A stretch of 35,674 nucleotides of DNA from a virus. Taxonomy: Duplodnaviria; Caudoviricetes. How positions within the stretch are numbered: the first letter of the stretch is position 1; each line of letters opens with the position of its first letter. The stretch lies in IMG/VR virus record IMGVR_UViG_3300034166_000054, positions 1 through 35,674 of that record; one strand, given 5' to 3'. The position numbers and the translations under genes are program-made. The notes beneath the pieces are model-generated. The model ran no database searches. It was not told where the DNA came from and saw only the letters and a list, made by a program, of their open reading frames with translations. This document shows positions 7,310 through 16,241 of the stretch, piece by piece.

Positions 7310-7967
7310 ACATCTGTGCTTTACGGTTGCCCTTGTAATGCGCGATGACGGGGTTCGGATGCTCGCCGAAATGTTCGGGAAGGCAGGCGTATTGATGCTC
7401 TGGCAGGTGCGCGACTACAAACGGCGGCAGGCGGTTGACATATTCCCGCAGCACCTCTTGGTCGCCGTACCAAGTTTTGTATTTGGGCTCCAGCCGGTCG
7501 TACATCTCGGCCAACTGCTCCCACGCAAACCCGTCAGGGGTGATGGTGCAGCACCCGATGTATGGATACACGGCATCCAGCGTCTTATTAGCGTGTTCCG
7601 AGTAATCCTGACCGCGTTGCTTGGCGTTAAAGATCGCTTCACGTTGGAAGGATCGGCGCGTCACGGCAATGACCGCATCGCCCAACAACAACTCGGGATG
7701 CAGGGGGCGACGCACCAGCATATCGGTGTCCATGTACAGGGCTGGCTGGGCGAGTTGCAGCGCGGCAAACGCTCGGGTGCGCCACAGCATCAGGTACTCG
7801 GGGTTGCCCTCGGTAGGGTGCGCCCAAGTCACACCCGGTATGGTCGGGGTGTCCTTGTCGGTAACTTGAATGATTTCAGCGCCCGGGTTGTGTTTACGAA
7901 GGGACGCCACCATTGCAGTCGGCTGTGAGATGTCTGCGCCGACATGGAAAAACACAAAGGTTGACAT
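7287..7967 (-). CDS. GT-A fold glycosyltransferase (GT8/GT77-like)
   Basis: LYMDTDML (DxD), WYGDQEVL, IAHYKGNRK. Confidence 0.8.
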   Translation of the reverse strand: MSTFVFFHVGADISQPTAMVASLRKHNPGAEIIQVTDKDTPTIPGVTWAHPTEGNPEYLMLWRTRAFAALQLAQPALYMDTDMLVRRPLHPELLLGDAVIAVTRRSFQREAIFNAKQRGQDYSEHANKTLDAVYPYIGCCTITPDGFAWEQLAEMYDRLEPKYKTWYGDQEVLREYVNRLPPFVVAHLPEHQYACLPEHFGEHPNPVIAHYKGNRKAQMFTDAARA

Positions 7968-7981
7968 AGGAGAAATCTAAC

Positions 7982-8614
7982 ATGGTTAATTTGAACAGAA
8001 AACGCACTAGCCGAATTATTTGGGAAACGCTGCTAGAAAACGTCGTAAGCCACCCGAAAGCACCGTGGGTGGAGCAACTGAATATGCTGGATGCGCTGCG
8101 TGCCACCGCTAAACCGACAGGTAGCGTGAGTTTTGCAACGTTCTGGTGTCTTTATGCTGTGGTGCAGGCGTATAAACCGAAGCGTGTTGCCGAGGTCGGC
8201 ACCTACATTGGGAAATCCACACTTGCCTTGGTGTCAGGCGGTGCGGAAGTACACACCTGCGATTACAGCAACGATGTGAAACTGCCGTTCAAGGTGAACC
8301 AGTACCCGATGACGAGCAGCACCGATATGTTTGCCAAGCTCCAGCCTGCCATTGACCTGCTATTTCTTGACGGTCGGCTGGAACCCGATGACCTTGGGCA
8401 TATTGGTCGCCTACTGCACTCGCAAAGCATCGTGGCGCTGGATGACTTTGAGGGTATTGAGAAAGGGGTCGCCAATGCGATGCGGTTTACCTATCAGGGT
8501 GCGATGCTCGTCTACCCGCCAGAGCGTGAGGTGTTGGAACGTCACGGCATCCCCGACGACAGCACGCTGGCGCTGATCCTGCCGCACGGATTAGTGCAGT
8601 TGACGAACCAATAG
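7982..8614 (+). CDS. Class I SAM methyltransferase (Methyltransf_24-like)
   Basis: VAEVGTYIGKST, HTCD, IDLLFLDG, IVALDD. AGGAGA upstream. Confidence 0.82.
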   Translation: MVNLNRKRTSRIIWETLLENVVSHPKAPWVEQLNMLDALRATAKPTGSVSFATFWCLYAVVQAYKPKRVAEVGTYIGKSTLALVSGGAEVHTCDYSNDVKLPFKVNQYPMTSSTDMFAKLQPAIDLLFLDGRLEPDDLGHIGRLLHSQSIVALDDFEGIEKGVANAMRFTYQGAMLVYPPEREVLERHGIPDDSTLALILPHGLVQLTNQ

Positions 8615-8644
8615 CGTTAAAATACCCTCACCACGGGAGGCTCT

Positions 8645-9013
8645 ATGTCCCACAAAGACGCGGCAGAATTTGTTGGTGTGTTGCTGCACTCGGCAACAGC
8701 AACGCATTTTCTGCATTTGCAGACGGCGAGCTACGCGAGCCACAAAGCCTTGGGTCACTACTACGAAAACATCGTAGATTTGGCCGATAAGTACGCCGAG
8801 GCGTATCAGGGCCACTACGGCATTATCCCGCTGACCGATTACCCCGATGGGTTCAAGGTGCAAAAGGACGCCGCCGAGTACGCCAACAGCCTGCTGACGT
8901 TCGTTAAGGGCATACGAGGCGACCTGCCGAAAGACACCGACCTACAGAACATCATTGACGAGATCGTGGGCGAGATCAGCGCATTGGTTTACAAGCTGGA
9001 GCGTTTCAAATGA
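8645..9013 (+). CDS. Ferritin/Dps-like four-helix protein (DUF5856-like)
   Basis: THFLHLQT.SYA.HKALG.YY..I.DL.D..AE.YQG, ending DEI......YKL. Confidence 0.75.
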   Translation: MSHKDAAEFVGVLLHSATATHFLHLQTASYASHKALGHYYENIVDLADKYAEAYQGHYGIIPLTDYPDGFKVQKDAAEYANSLLTFVKGIRGDLPKDTDLQNIIDEIVGEISALVYKLERFK

Positions 9014-9168
9014 ACCGTAAGCCGGGACTCTATGCCAACATCCTTGCCAAACAGGAGCGCATTAAGGCCGGTTCGGGCGAAAAGATGCGTAAGCCCGGTG
9101 ACCCCGGCGCACCGACTGCCGCTGCATTCCGCGAAAGCGCCAAGACGGCCAAGAAAGAGAACAAATGA
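9010..9168 (+). CDS. Small basic phage protein (52 aa, not in ORF track)
   Basis: MNRKPGLYANILAKQERIKAGSGEKMRKPGDPGAPTAAAFRESAKTAKKENK, ATGA-coupled at both ends. The GLYANI..K..RI.AGSGEKMRKPG pattern is familiar from aquatic phages. Confidence 0.8.
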   Translation: MNRKPGLYANILAKQERIKAGSGEKMRKPGDPGAPTAAAFRESAKTAKKENK

Positions 9169-9452
9169 CAGCCGCGTGGACACGCAGCGAGGGCAAGAAC
9201 CCAAAGGGCGGGCTGAACGCCAAGGGTCGTGCCTCGTATAAGGCCGAGACAGGCGGGACGCTCAAGCCCCCGGTCAAGGCAGGCGACAATCCACGCCGAG
9301 CCTCTTTCCTCGCTCGGATGGGCAATATGCCGGGGCCGATGGCAAAGAACGGCGAGCCGACACGCCTCGCCCTCGCACTCAAGGCATGGGGAGCCTCTAG
9401 CAAGGAGGACGCCCGAGCCAAGGCCAAAGCCATTAGCAGCAGGAACAAGTAA
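9165..9452 (+). CDS. Small basic phage protein (DUF6321-like)
   Basis: AWTRSEGKNPKGGLNAKGRASY...LKPPVK.GDNPRRASFLARM. Confidence 0.75.
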   Translation: MTAAWTRSEGKNPKGGLNAKGRASYKAETGGTLKPPVKAGDNPRRASFLARMGNMPGPMAKNGEPTRLALALKAWGASSKEDARAKAKAISSRNK

Positions 9453-10930
9453 TGGCCGCCGACCGTCAACGCCTAGCCGCCGCTCTCGCCTACGAGGAGG
9501 AACGCCGACGGCGCATGATGGAATCCGTCCCCACAACGGACAATCTGCCGCCTGTCCAGCCGACCCGCCGCAGCCTACGCACCGACCTTGAAAACCTGTC
9601 ATCGGGTATCGGTCAGGGCGTGGTCAACCAGTTAGAGGGCGTCAAAGCACTTGTCACCGATCCTGTTGGTACGGCTAGAGCCACTTACGAGGGCGTTAAA
9701 GGCATTGTGCGCGACCCTACTGTATTAGCCGACGCATTGCGCTATACCGCCCAGAAAGCCACTAGCGGCCCGTTAGGCGCAGGCGAAGTAATCGGCGAAA
9801 TGATCGGCCCGATGCGCGGCAAAGGCCCGATGGCCGAAATTGACGTTTACCACGGCAGCCCGCACCGCTTTGAGGAATTTGACGCCAGCAAAATCGGCAC
9901 GGGTGAGGGCGCACAGGCGTATGGGCATGGCATTTACCTTGCTGAAAGTCCTGATGTTGCCCGCGATTACCAAGTGCGCCTTTCGTATGACCCCGAAAAG
10001 ATGAAGATTGGCGGCAAGCAGATCAATGCCGTTTACGACCAAATACAGGATTCGGCTGCCCGTATGCCGCCCGCCCGTGCTGCTGGCGAGTACGAAAAGC
10101 TGGACTTAATTGAACGGCTGATGATGAACAACCCGGTGGACGAGGTTGAAAAGGCCGCCGCCGAGTTATCGCCCGCCACGCAAAAGTGGTTTGCGACACA
10201 AGTAAAGCCTAGCTTTGAGACTTACGGTTCGTTTTATAAAGCCGACCTACCCGACGAAATGGTAGATCGGATGCTGGACTACGATAAGCCGCTGAAAGAC
10301 CAGCCTGCTGCATATCAAGCCATCAGAAGCACTATTCCCGCTGATGTGGTTAAAGACTTTGATGCAAACGTAGAAAAGGGAATTACGGGCGGGAACGCAT
10401 ACTCAAATTGGGTGTGGGGCGGGAAAACACCGGCGGGACGTTCTGAAAAGTTACGCCAATTAGGTGTCCCCGGCATGAAATACGCCGATGCAGGCAGCCG
10501 AGGCGAGGGTGGCGGCACCCGTAACTTCGTCGTGTTCCCCGGCGAGGAAAAGAAGGTCAGCATACTTGAGCGTGACGGCAAGAAACTTGCCAGCGCTTTG
10601 AAAGCCACCGCAGCCCAAAAGCAGGACGTTGAAGTAAACCTATACCCGGTTCGCAATCAGCCAAATGTGATGTACCTCTCCAAGATTGAGGTGCCGCAAG
10701 GCCAACGCGGGCAAGGCATTGGCTCAAGCGTCATGCAGGACATCATCAGCCAAGCCGACGCAGACGGTAAAACGATCACGCTGACGCCCTCCACAGCCTA
10801 TGGTGCAACGTCTACCAAACGGCTGAAAGATTTTTACAAGCGGTTTGGGTTTGTAGAGAACAGCGGGCGCAACAAAAACTACGCGCTTAACGAAACTATG
10901 TACCGACTTCCACGGAAGCCGAAAGAATGA
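9452..10930 (+). CDS. Polyvalent-type protein: ADP-ribosyltransferase-like domain plus C-terminal GNAT acetyltransferase
   Basis: VYHGSPH.F..FD..KIGTGEGAQAYGHGIYLAES...G..Y...GTRNFVVF, then LSKIEVPQGQRGQGIGS...L.DFYKRFGF. Confidence 0.75.
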   Translation: MAADRQRLAAALAYEEERRRRMMESVPTTDNLPPVQPTRRSLRTDLENLSSGIGQGVVNQLEGVKALVTDPVGTARATYEGVKGIVRDPTVLADALRYTAQKATSGPLGAGEVIGEMIGPMRGKGPMAEIDVYHGSPHRFEEFDASKIGTGEGAQAYGHGIYLAESPDVARDYQVRLSYDPEKMKIGGKQINAVYDQIQDSAARMPPARAAGEYEKLDLIERLMMNNPVDEVEKAAAELSPATQKWFATQVKPSFETYGSFYKADLPDEMVDRMLDYDKPLKDQPAAYQAIRSTIPADVVKDFDANVEKGITGGNAYSNWVWGGKTPAGRSEKLRQLGVPGMKYADAGSRGEGGGTRNFVVFPGEEKKVSILERDGKKLASALKATAAQKQDVEVNLYPVRNQPNVMYLSKIEVPQGQRGQGIGSSVMQDIISQADADGKTITLTPSTAYGATSTKRLKDFYKRFGFVENSGRNKNYALNETMYRLPRKPKE

Positions 10931-11220
10931 ACGCAGGTGCTTTTAAAAAGGGTCAGAAAGGCGGGCCGGGCAGGCCCAAGGGATTGCCTAATAAGTCCAC
11001 ACAGGCCGCCAGAGAGGCCATTGCAGCGTTTGTGGACGGCAACGCAGACCGCCTCCAAGGGTGGCTAGACGAGATCGCTGCGGAGAAGGGAGCGCAGGCT
11101 GCCTTTGACGCCTTCAGCACCTTGCTGGAATACCACGTTCCCAAACTCGCCCGCCAAGAGATTACAGGTAAGGACAACGGCCCGGTCAAGGTACAGATCG
11201 GATGGATGGCTCCCGAATAA
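10927..11220 (+). CDS. terS: Terminase small subunit
   Basis: FKKGQ.GGPGRPKG.PNK N-terminus, EITGKDNGPV C-terminus, immediately before TerL. Confidence 0.75.
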   Translation: MNAGAFKKGQKGGPGRPKGLPNKSTQAAREAIAAFVDGNADRLQGWLDEIAAEKGAQAAFDAFSTLLEYHVPKLARQEITGKDNGPVKVQIGWMAPE

Positions 11221-12542
11221 TCCTGCCTTACCGCCCACGCAAGGCGTTCATGCCGTTCCATGAGCGCACGAAACGTTGGGCTTGCCTTGTCGCACATCGC
11301 CGCGCAGGCAAGACCGTCGCTGCCGTCAACGACATGATTCGCGCTGCTGCGATGTACCAGCAGCCTTACGGACTATTCGGCTACGTCGCCCCCTACCGCA
11401 GTCAGGCAAAGGCCGTGGCGTGGCAGTATTTCAAGGACGGCGCACACCCGATCATCCAATCGGTCAACGAGCAGGAACTGACTATTACGCTCATTAACGG
11501 CAGTCAGATACGCCTGTTCGGTGCCGACAACGCTGACGCGATGCGCGGTCTAGGCTTTTCGGGGCTGTACCTTGACGAGTACGGTGACTTTAAGCCGAGC
11601 GTATTCGGGAACGTATTGAGAGCGTCCCTGTCAGATAAGCAGGGTTGGTGCGTTTTTGGCGGTACACCGAAAGGCAAAAACCAGTTCTGGGAAATTTACG
11701 ATACCGCCACTCGTCTCCCTAGCGAGTGGTTCCTGTTGCGCCTTCCCGCCTCAACTAGCGGGCTTCTCCCTGCGACAGAGCTAGCCGCAGCAAAGGCGCA
11801 GTTGGCCGAGGATCAGTATCTACAGGAATACGAATGCTCATTTGAAGCGGCAATCCTCGGTGCTTTTTTTGGAAAGGAGATGCGCGAGGCGCAAGACCAA
11901 GGCCGTATCACCAACGTGCCATACGACCCCAACTTGCCGACATTTACCGGCTGGGACTTGGGCTACCGCGACGACACGGCCATTTGGTTCTATCAAGTAG
12001 CACGCGGGGAAATCCGCGTCATAGACTTTTACGCCGTCTCGGGCGAGGACATCCACACTATTGCCGATGTGGTACGCAACAAGCCGTACCGTTATGCCAA
12101 GCACTACCTGCCGCACGACGCTCGGGCCAAAAGCCTACAGACCGGCAAGAGCATCATTGAGCAACTTGCCGCCCAATTAGACATCGCCAAACTCGCTGTT
12201 GTCCCCGACATCGGTGTGCAGTCAGGCATCCAAGCGGTACGCATGATGCTGCCGCGTGTGTGGTTTGACGCAGAGAAGTGCAGCGAGGGCATAGAGGCGT
12301 TGCGCCAGTTTCAACGCGAGTACGACGAGGACAAGAAAGCCTACCGTCAGTCACCGCGCCACGATTGGACATCACACCCTAGTGACGCATTTAGAATGGT
12401 TGCGGTATCATGGAGTGAAGTCGCTGACAAGCCCCCAGCGCCAGAGGTCAAGCCGCTGATGGTGGGGCCAGAGAACACAGTCACGCTGAACGATATGTGG
12501 CAGGTTCACGACCGCACAACGTCAAGGAGAGCAAGGATATGA
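11202..12542 (+). CDS. terL: Terminase large subunit
   Basis: Walker A HRRAGKT, Walker B LYLDEY, GTPKG, nuclease GWDLGYRDDTAIW, HDWTSHPSDAFR. Confidence 0.96.
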   Translation: MDGSRIILPYRPRKAFMPFHERTKRWACLVAHRRAGKTVAAVNDMIRAAAMYQQPYGLFGYVAPYRSQAKAVAWQYFKDGAHPIIQSVNEQELTITLINGSQIRLFGADNADAMRGLGFSGLYLDEYGDFKPSVFGNVLRASLSDKQGWCVFGGTPKGKNQFWEIYDTATRLPSEWFLLRLPASTSGLLPATELAAAKAQLAEDQYLQEYECSFEAAILGAFFGKEMREAQDQGRITNVPYDPNLPTFTGWDLGYRDDTAIWFYQVARGEIRVIDFYAVSGEDIHTIADVVRNKPYRYAKHYLPHDARAKSLQTGKSIIEQLAAQLDIAKLAVVPDIGVQSGIQAVRMMLPRVWFDAEKCSEGIEALRQFQREYDEDKKAYRQSPRHDWTSHPSDAFRMVAVSWSEVADKPPAPEVKPLMVGPENTVTLNDMWQVHDRTTSRRARI

Positions 12543-12841
12543 GCATTGTCAGCCCGAATCGTTACCCCTACGAAACAGTTGCCGCCTCGCAGACCGCACA
12601 GGTACTCGGTGGCGTAGGTGCCGTGGGTGACTACCTTCATCGCATCGTGGTTACGGTCACAACGACCGGCACCAGCACGTTAAGCGTTCTGGACGGCAGC
12701 ACGACCGTCCTGACGATGGCTGCGAACACCCCGGTCGGCGTCTATAGTCTTGAGATTAACGCCGCCTCGGCTACCGGCCCGTGGGCGATCACGACCGGCG
12801 CAGGGCTTGCGGTCATGGCTGTCGGATTCTTCACGGCCTAA
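12539..12841 (+). CDS. Small beta-rich putative virion protein (100 aa)
   Basis: ATGA overlap with the TerL stop, T/A/V/G-rich, between TerL and portal. Confidence 0.7.
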   Translation: MSIVSPNRYPYETVAASQTAQVLGGVGAVGDYLHRIVVTVTTTGTSTLSVLDGSTTVLTMAANTPVGVYSLEINAASATGPWAITTGAGLAVMAVGFFTA

Positions 12842-12843
12842 TC

Positions 12844-14865
12844 ATGGAAGGCGTACTGCAACCGGAACTGGAAAAGTATCTCCGTACTATCGCGCAGTAC
12901 GACAACGAGTTTGCCAAGTGGTCGGCTCGTACGAAGAAGATCGTTAAGCGTTACCGCGACGATAGCCGTGGGCAGGGTGGCAACGAGGCTGCTCGCTTTA
13001 ACATCCTGTGGTCAAACGTCCAGACGCTAAAGCCTGCCGTTTACGCCAAACTGCCAAAGGCTGACATCAGCCGACGCTTTGGTGACAACGATCCGGTAGG
13101 CCGCGTGGCAGGTATGCTCCTTGAGCGGGCCATTGATTTTGAGATTGAGCATTATCCTGACTTTCGCTCCACCATGTCCTACAGCGTGGAGGATCGCTTC
13201 CTCGGTGGGCGTGGCACGGCATGGATACGGTACGAGCCGCACGTTGCCCCCATCGGCATTGAGGACGATGGCGTATCTATCACCTCTAACATTGAACAGG
13301 GTGAGGGTGCGCCGCCCAACCTAGAGCAGATTGAATACGAATGCGCCCCAACCGATTACGTCCATTGGCGTGATTTCGGTCACTCACAGGCGCGTACATG
13401 GGAAGAAGTCACCTGCGTATGGCGCTGGGTGTACATGAGCCGTGAGGCGCTGGCAGAGCGGTTTGGCGACGAGATGGCTCGCAAGATACCGCTAGACCAA
13501 GGCCCAGAGCCGCTGAACGCCTACAACGAGGCCAAGCGCACTTACAACCGCGCCAAGATTTGTGAACTGTGGGACAAGGAAACCGAGAGGGTGTACTGGT
13601 TCTGTAAGGGAATGCCGCAGATCATTGATGTGCGTGACGACCCGCTCGGTCTTGAGGGGTTCTTCCCCTGCCCGAAACCGCTTTTTGCCACGACGACTAG
13701 CGACACGCTGGTGCCGGTGCCTGACTTCCTGCTGTACCAAGATCAGGCGATGGAGTTGGACATCCTGTCTGACCGCATTGATGGCTTGGTCAAGGCGCTG
13801 CGTGTGCGTGGCGTGTATGACGCCAGCCAGCCTGCGCTGCAACGCCTAATGACGGAGGGCGACAACAATGCGCTTATTCCAGTTGATAAGTGGATGGCTT
13901 TCAGCGAGAAAGGCGGCCTTAAAGGCAGCATTGACCTTCTCCCGCTGGACACGCTCGCCAACGCCCTCCTCAACTGCTACCGAGCAAGAGAGGACATCAA
14001 GTCCCAAATCTACGAAATCACGGGTATCTCGGACATCATCCGTGGGACATCCTTCGCGTCGGAGACTGCGACAGCGCAACAAATCAAAGGGCAATACGCA
14101 GGATTGAGACTGCGCTCCATGCAGGAGGACGTAGCCCTGTACGCCTCTGAATTGATACGCCTCAAGGCACAGGTCATGTGCCGACACTTCCAGCCCGAGA
14201 CGATCCTTGCCTACGCCGCTGCGGGGCAGATGTCGCCAGCGGATCAACAGTTGATCCCGCAGGCGCTAGAACTGCTGAAAGATAAGCCGCTGCGTAACTT
14301 CCGCGTGGACATCGCTGCCGACAGCCTTGTGATGCTGGACGAAAACCAGATGAAGCAAGACCGTATGCAGTTCTTGCAGGCATTTGGTGGCTTCCTCGCA
14401 CAAGCCCTGCCGGTCGGTCAGGCCAGCCCGCAGATGGTGCCGATGATGATGGAGTTGCTGCGTTTTGGTATGCAGGCGTTTAAGGCCGCAAGACCGATTG
14501 AAGGGCAGATTGACTCCACGTTGCAGCAGTTGCAGCAGGCCGCCGCCCAACAGCAGCCCGATGGCGAGCAGCAAGGCAAGCAGGCCGAGTTGCAGCAGAA
14601 GGGCCAGATGGAAGCGTCCAAGATGCAGATGGAATCTGCGCTCACGCAAGCCAAGTTGCAGCATGAGATGCAGATGGAACAACTGCGTAACCAAGCCAAG
14701 ATGGCGATGGAACAGCAGAAGATGGACTTTGAGGCACGCTTGAAAGCGGCAGAACTGCAACAGAAGCAGGCTGCTGACCGTTACAAGGCTGACCTTGACG
14801 CCCAGACCAAGCTCATCATCGCGCAGATGGGCAAAACCATGCCAACCCCCTCATTTGAGCAATGA
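12844..14865 (+). CDS. Portal protein with C-terminal Q-rich coiled-coil barrel
   Basis: Size and position after TerL. FNILWSNV, EITGISDIIRG..ETATAQQIK, long helical C-terminus as in P22-like portals. Confidence 0.85.
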   Translation: MEGVLQPELEKYLRTIAQYDNEFAKWSARTKKIVKRYRDDSRGQGGNEAARFNILWSNVQTLKPAVYAKLPKADISRRFGDNDPVGRVAGMLLERAIDFEIEHYPDFRSTMSYSVEDRFLGGRGTAWIRYEPHVAPIGIEDDGVSITSNIEQGEGAPPNLEQIEYECAPTDYVHWRDFGHSQARTWEEVTCVWRWVYMSREALAERFGDEMARKIPLDQGPEPLNAYNEAKRTYNRAKICELWDKETERVYWFCKGMPQIIDVRDDPLGLEGFFPCPKPLFATTTSDTLVPVPDFLLYQDQAMELDILSDRIDGLVKALRVRGVYDASQPALQRLMTEGDNNALIPVDKWMAFSEKGGLKGSIDLLPLDTLANALLNCYRAREDIKSQIYEITGISDIIRGTSFASETATAQQIKGQYAGLRLRSMQEDVALYASELIRLKAQVMCRHFQPETILAYAAAGQMSPADQQLIPQALELLKDKPLRNFRVDIAADSLVMLDENQMKQDRMQFLQAFGGFLAQALPVGQASPQMVPMMMELLRFGMQAFKAARPIEGQIDSTLQQLQQAAAQQQPDGEQQGKQAELQQKGQMEASKMQMESALTQAKLQHEMQMEQLRNQAKMAMEQQKMDFEARLKAAELQQKQAADRYKADLDAQTKLIIAQMGKTMPTPSFEQ

Positions 14866-15209
14866 AACGCACTTACGTTTTCATAGACGGCGAGTTTGTA
14901 GAGCGTAAGAAGGACGCCAAGGGGCGTTATCACTACGTCATGCCCGACATCGTGCCGTACAAAAGCATGATTGACGGCAAGATGGTCACCTCACGCTCGG
15001 AACACCGACGCCATCTCAAGGCCAACAACTGCATTGAGGTGGGCAACGACGACCCGAGCAAGCACATCAGGCACGAAAAGCCCGTAGACACGCGGCTTGA
15101 ACGCATCAAGCACATCGTCAACACCCAAATGACCAACGAGCAAGCAGATCGCATACTGCGCGACCTGCGCCAACACGCGAATTTCACCAATCCCCACAGG
15201 AGAGGCTAA
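14862..15209 (+). CDS. Hypothetical head-module protein
   Basis: ATGA-coupled to portal. PDI.PY.S.IDG..VTSRS..R.HLK...C.EVGND. Confidence 0.75.
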   Translation: MKRTYVFIDGEFVERKKDAKGRYHYVMPDIVPYKSMIDGKMVTSRSEHRRHLKANNCIEVGNDDPSKHIRHEKPVDTRLERIKHIVNTQMTNEQADRILRDLRQHANFTNPHRRG

Positions 15210-15210
15210 C

Positions 15211-16218
15211 GTGGACGAGCAGATGGAACGAGATGAAGCCCCACAGACTGACGTAACTGACCGCCGAGCGATTCTTGAGCAGAGTTTAGAAGCGGCAGAG
15301 CGTGGCGAACCCATTGAACCCGTTGCCCGTGACGGCAAAGGGCGTTTTGCTACGCCAAAGGCCGAGGAACCTGCTGACGAACCGCAGGCAAATGAAGAAC
15401 CGCCCGTCTGGAAGCGTCCCCCGGCGTCATGGAAAAAAGATTTCCATGAGGTTTGGCAGAAAGCCGACCCCAAGATGCAGGAATACGCATGGCAGCGCGA
15501 GGAGCAGATGCGTGCGGGCGTAGAGCCGCTGCTCTCCAAAGCGCAGTTTGCCGATGCGATGCAGGAAGCCATCTCCCCGTATATGCAGACGATACAGGGG
15601 CTTGGCTTAACGCCTGACAAGGCTGTGGCTGCGCTGATGGACGCTGACCACAAACTGCGTAACAGCGACCCGCAAGCCAAGTTGCAGTATTTCGCGCAAT
15701 TAGCGCAGTCCTACGGCATCAACCTCGGTGCGATGCAAGGCCAGCCCGCCCAACAGGGTCAGGCAGCACCGCAATCGGTTGATCCGATGGTGTGGCAGTT
15801 GCAGAACGAATTGAACAAAGTCCGTGGCGAGGTCATGGGCTGGAAACAACAGCAGGAGATGGTGGAAAACCAGACCCTGCTAAACGAAATCAACCAATTT
15901 AGTTTGAAGGCTGATCATTTTGAGGACGTCCGACCGGCGATGATCCAACTCCTACAGAGCGGGATGGCGCAGACGTTGGATGAAGCCTATGAGAAGGCCA
16001 TCAGACTTGACCCTAACTTGTTTGAGCAGGTGAGCAAGGCCCAACAGGCCGAGATCGTTGCCAAGCAAGCCAAAGAGGCCAATAAGGCTGCGAAAGCGGC
16101 CAGAGCAGCAGCGGTGAGTGTCAGAAGCGCCACACCCGGCGTGAACACGGCTCCCAAGGCGGCAAATCGTCGCGCACTCCTAGAGGAAGCATTTTCCGAA
16201 ACAGAGTCGCGTTTGTAA
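15211..16218 (+). CDS. Scaffolding protein
   Basis: Acidic N-terminus, RDGKGRFA, PPASW, helical, directly before the capsid gene. Confidence 0.75.
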   Translation: MDEQMERDEAPQTDVTDRRAILEQSLEAAERGEPIEPVARDGKGRFATPKAEEPADEPQANEEPPVWKRPPASWKKDFHEVWQKADPKMQEYAWQREEQMRAGVEPLLSKAQFADAMQEAISPYMQTIQGLGLTPDKAVAALMDADHKLRNSDPQAKLQYFAQLAQSYGINLGAMQGQPAQQGQAAPQSVDPMVWQLQNELNKVRGEVMGWKQQQEMVENQTLLNEINQFSLKADHFEDVRPAMIQLLQSGMAQTLDEAYEKAIRLDPNLFEQVSKAQQAEIVAKQAKEANKAAKAARAAAVSVRSATPGVNTAPKAANRRALLEEAFSETESRL

Positions 16219-16241
16219 TTAACTGATGAAGGAGTAATCAA

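Noticed and set aside
7206-7928. 240-aa plus-strand ORF that would keep the operon co-directional
   Set aside because: No motifs, whereas the minus-strand ORF has clear DxD, GDQ and HxKG glycosyltransferase motifs.
6279-8614. Methyltransferases as DNA methylases of an R-M system with the adjacent nuclease
   Set aside because: They lack DNA-MTase catalytic motifs, and the nuclease resembles ordinary phage VRR-NUC resolvases.
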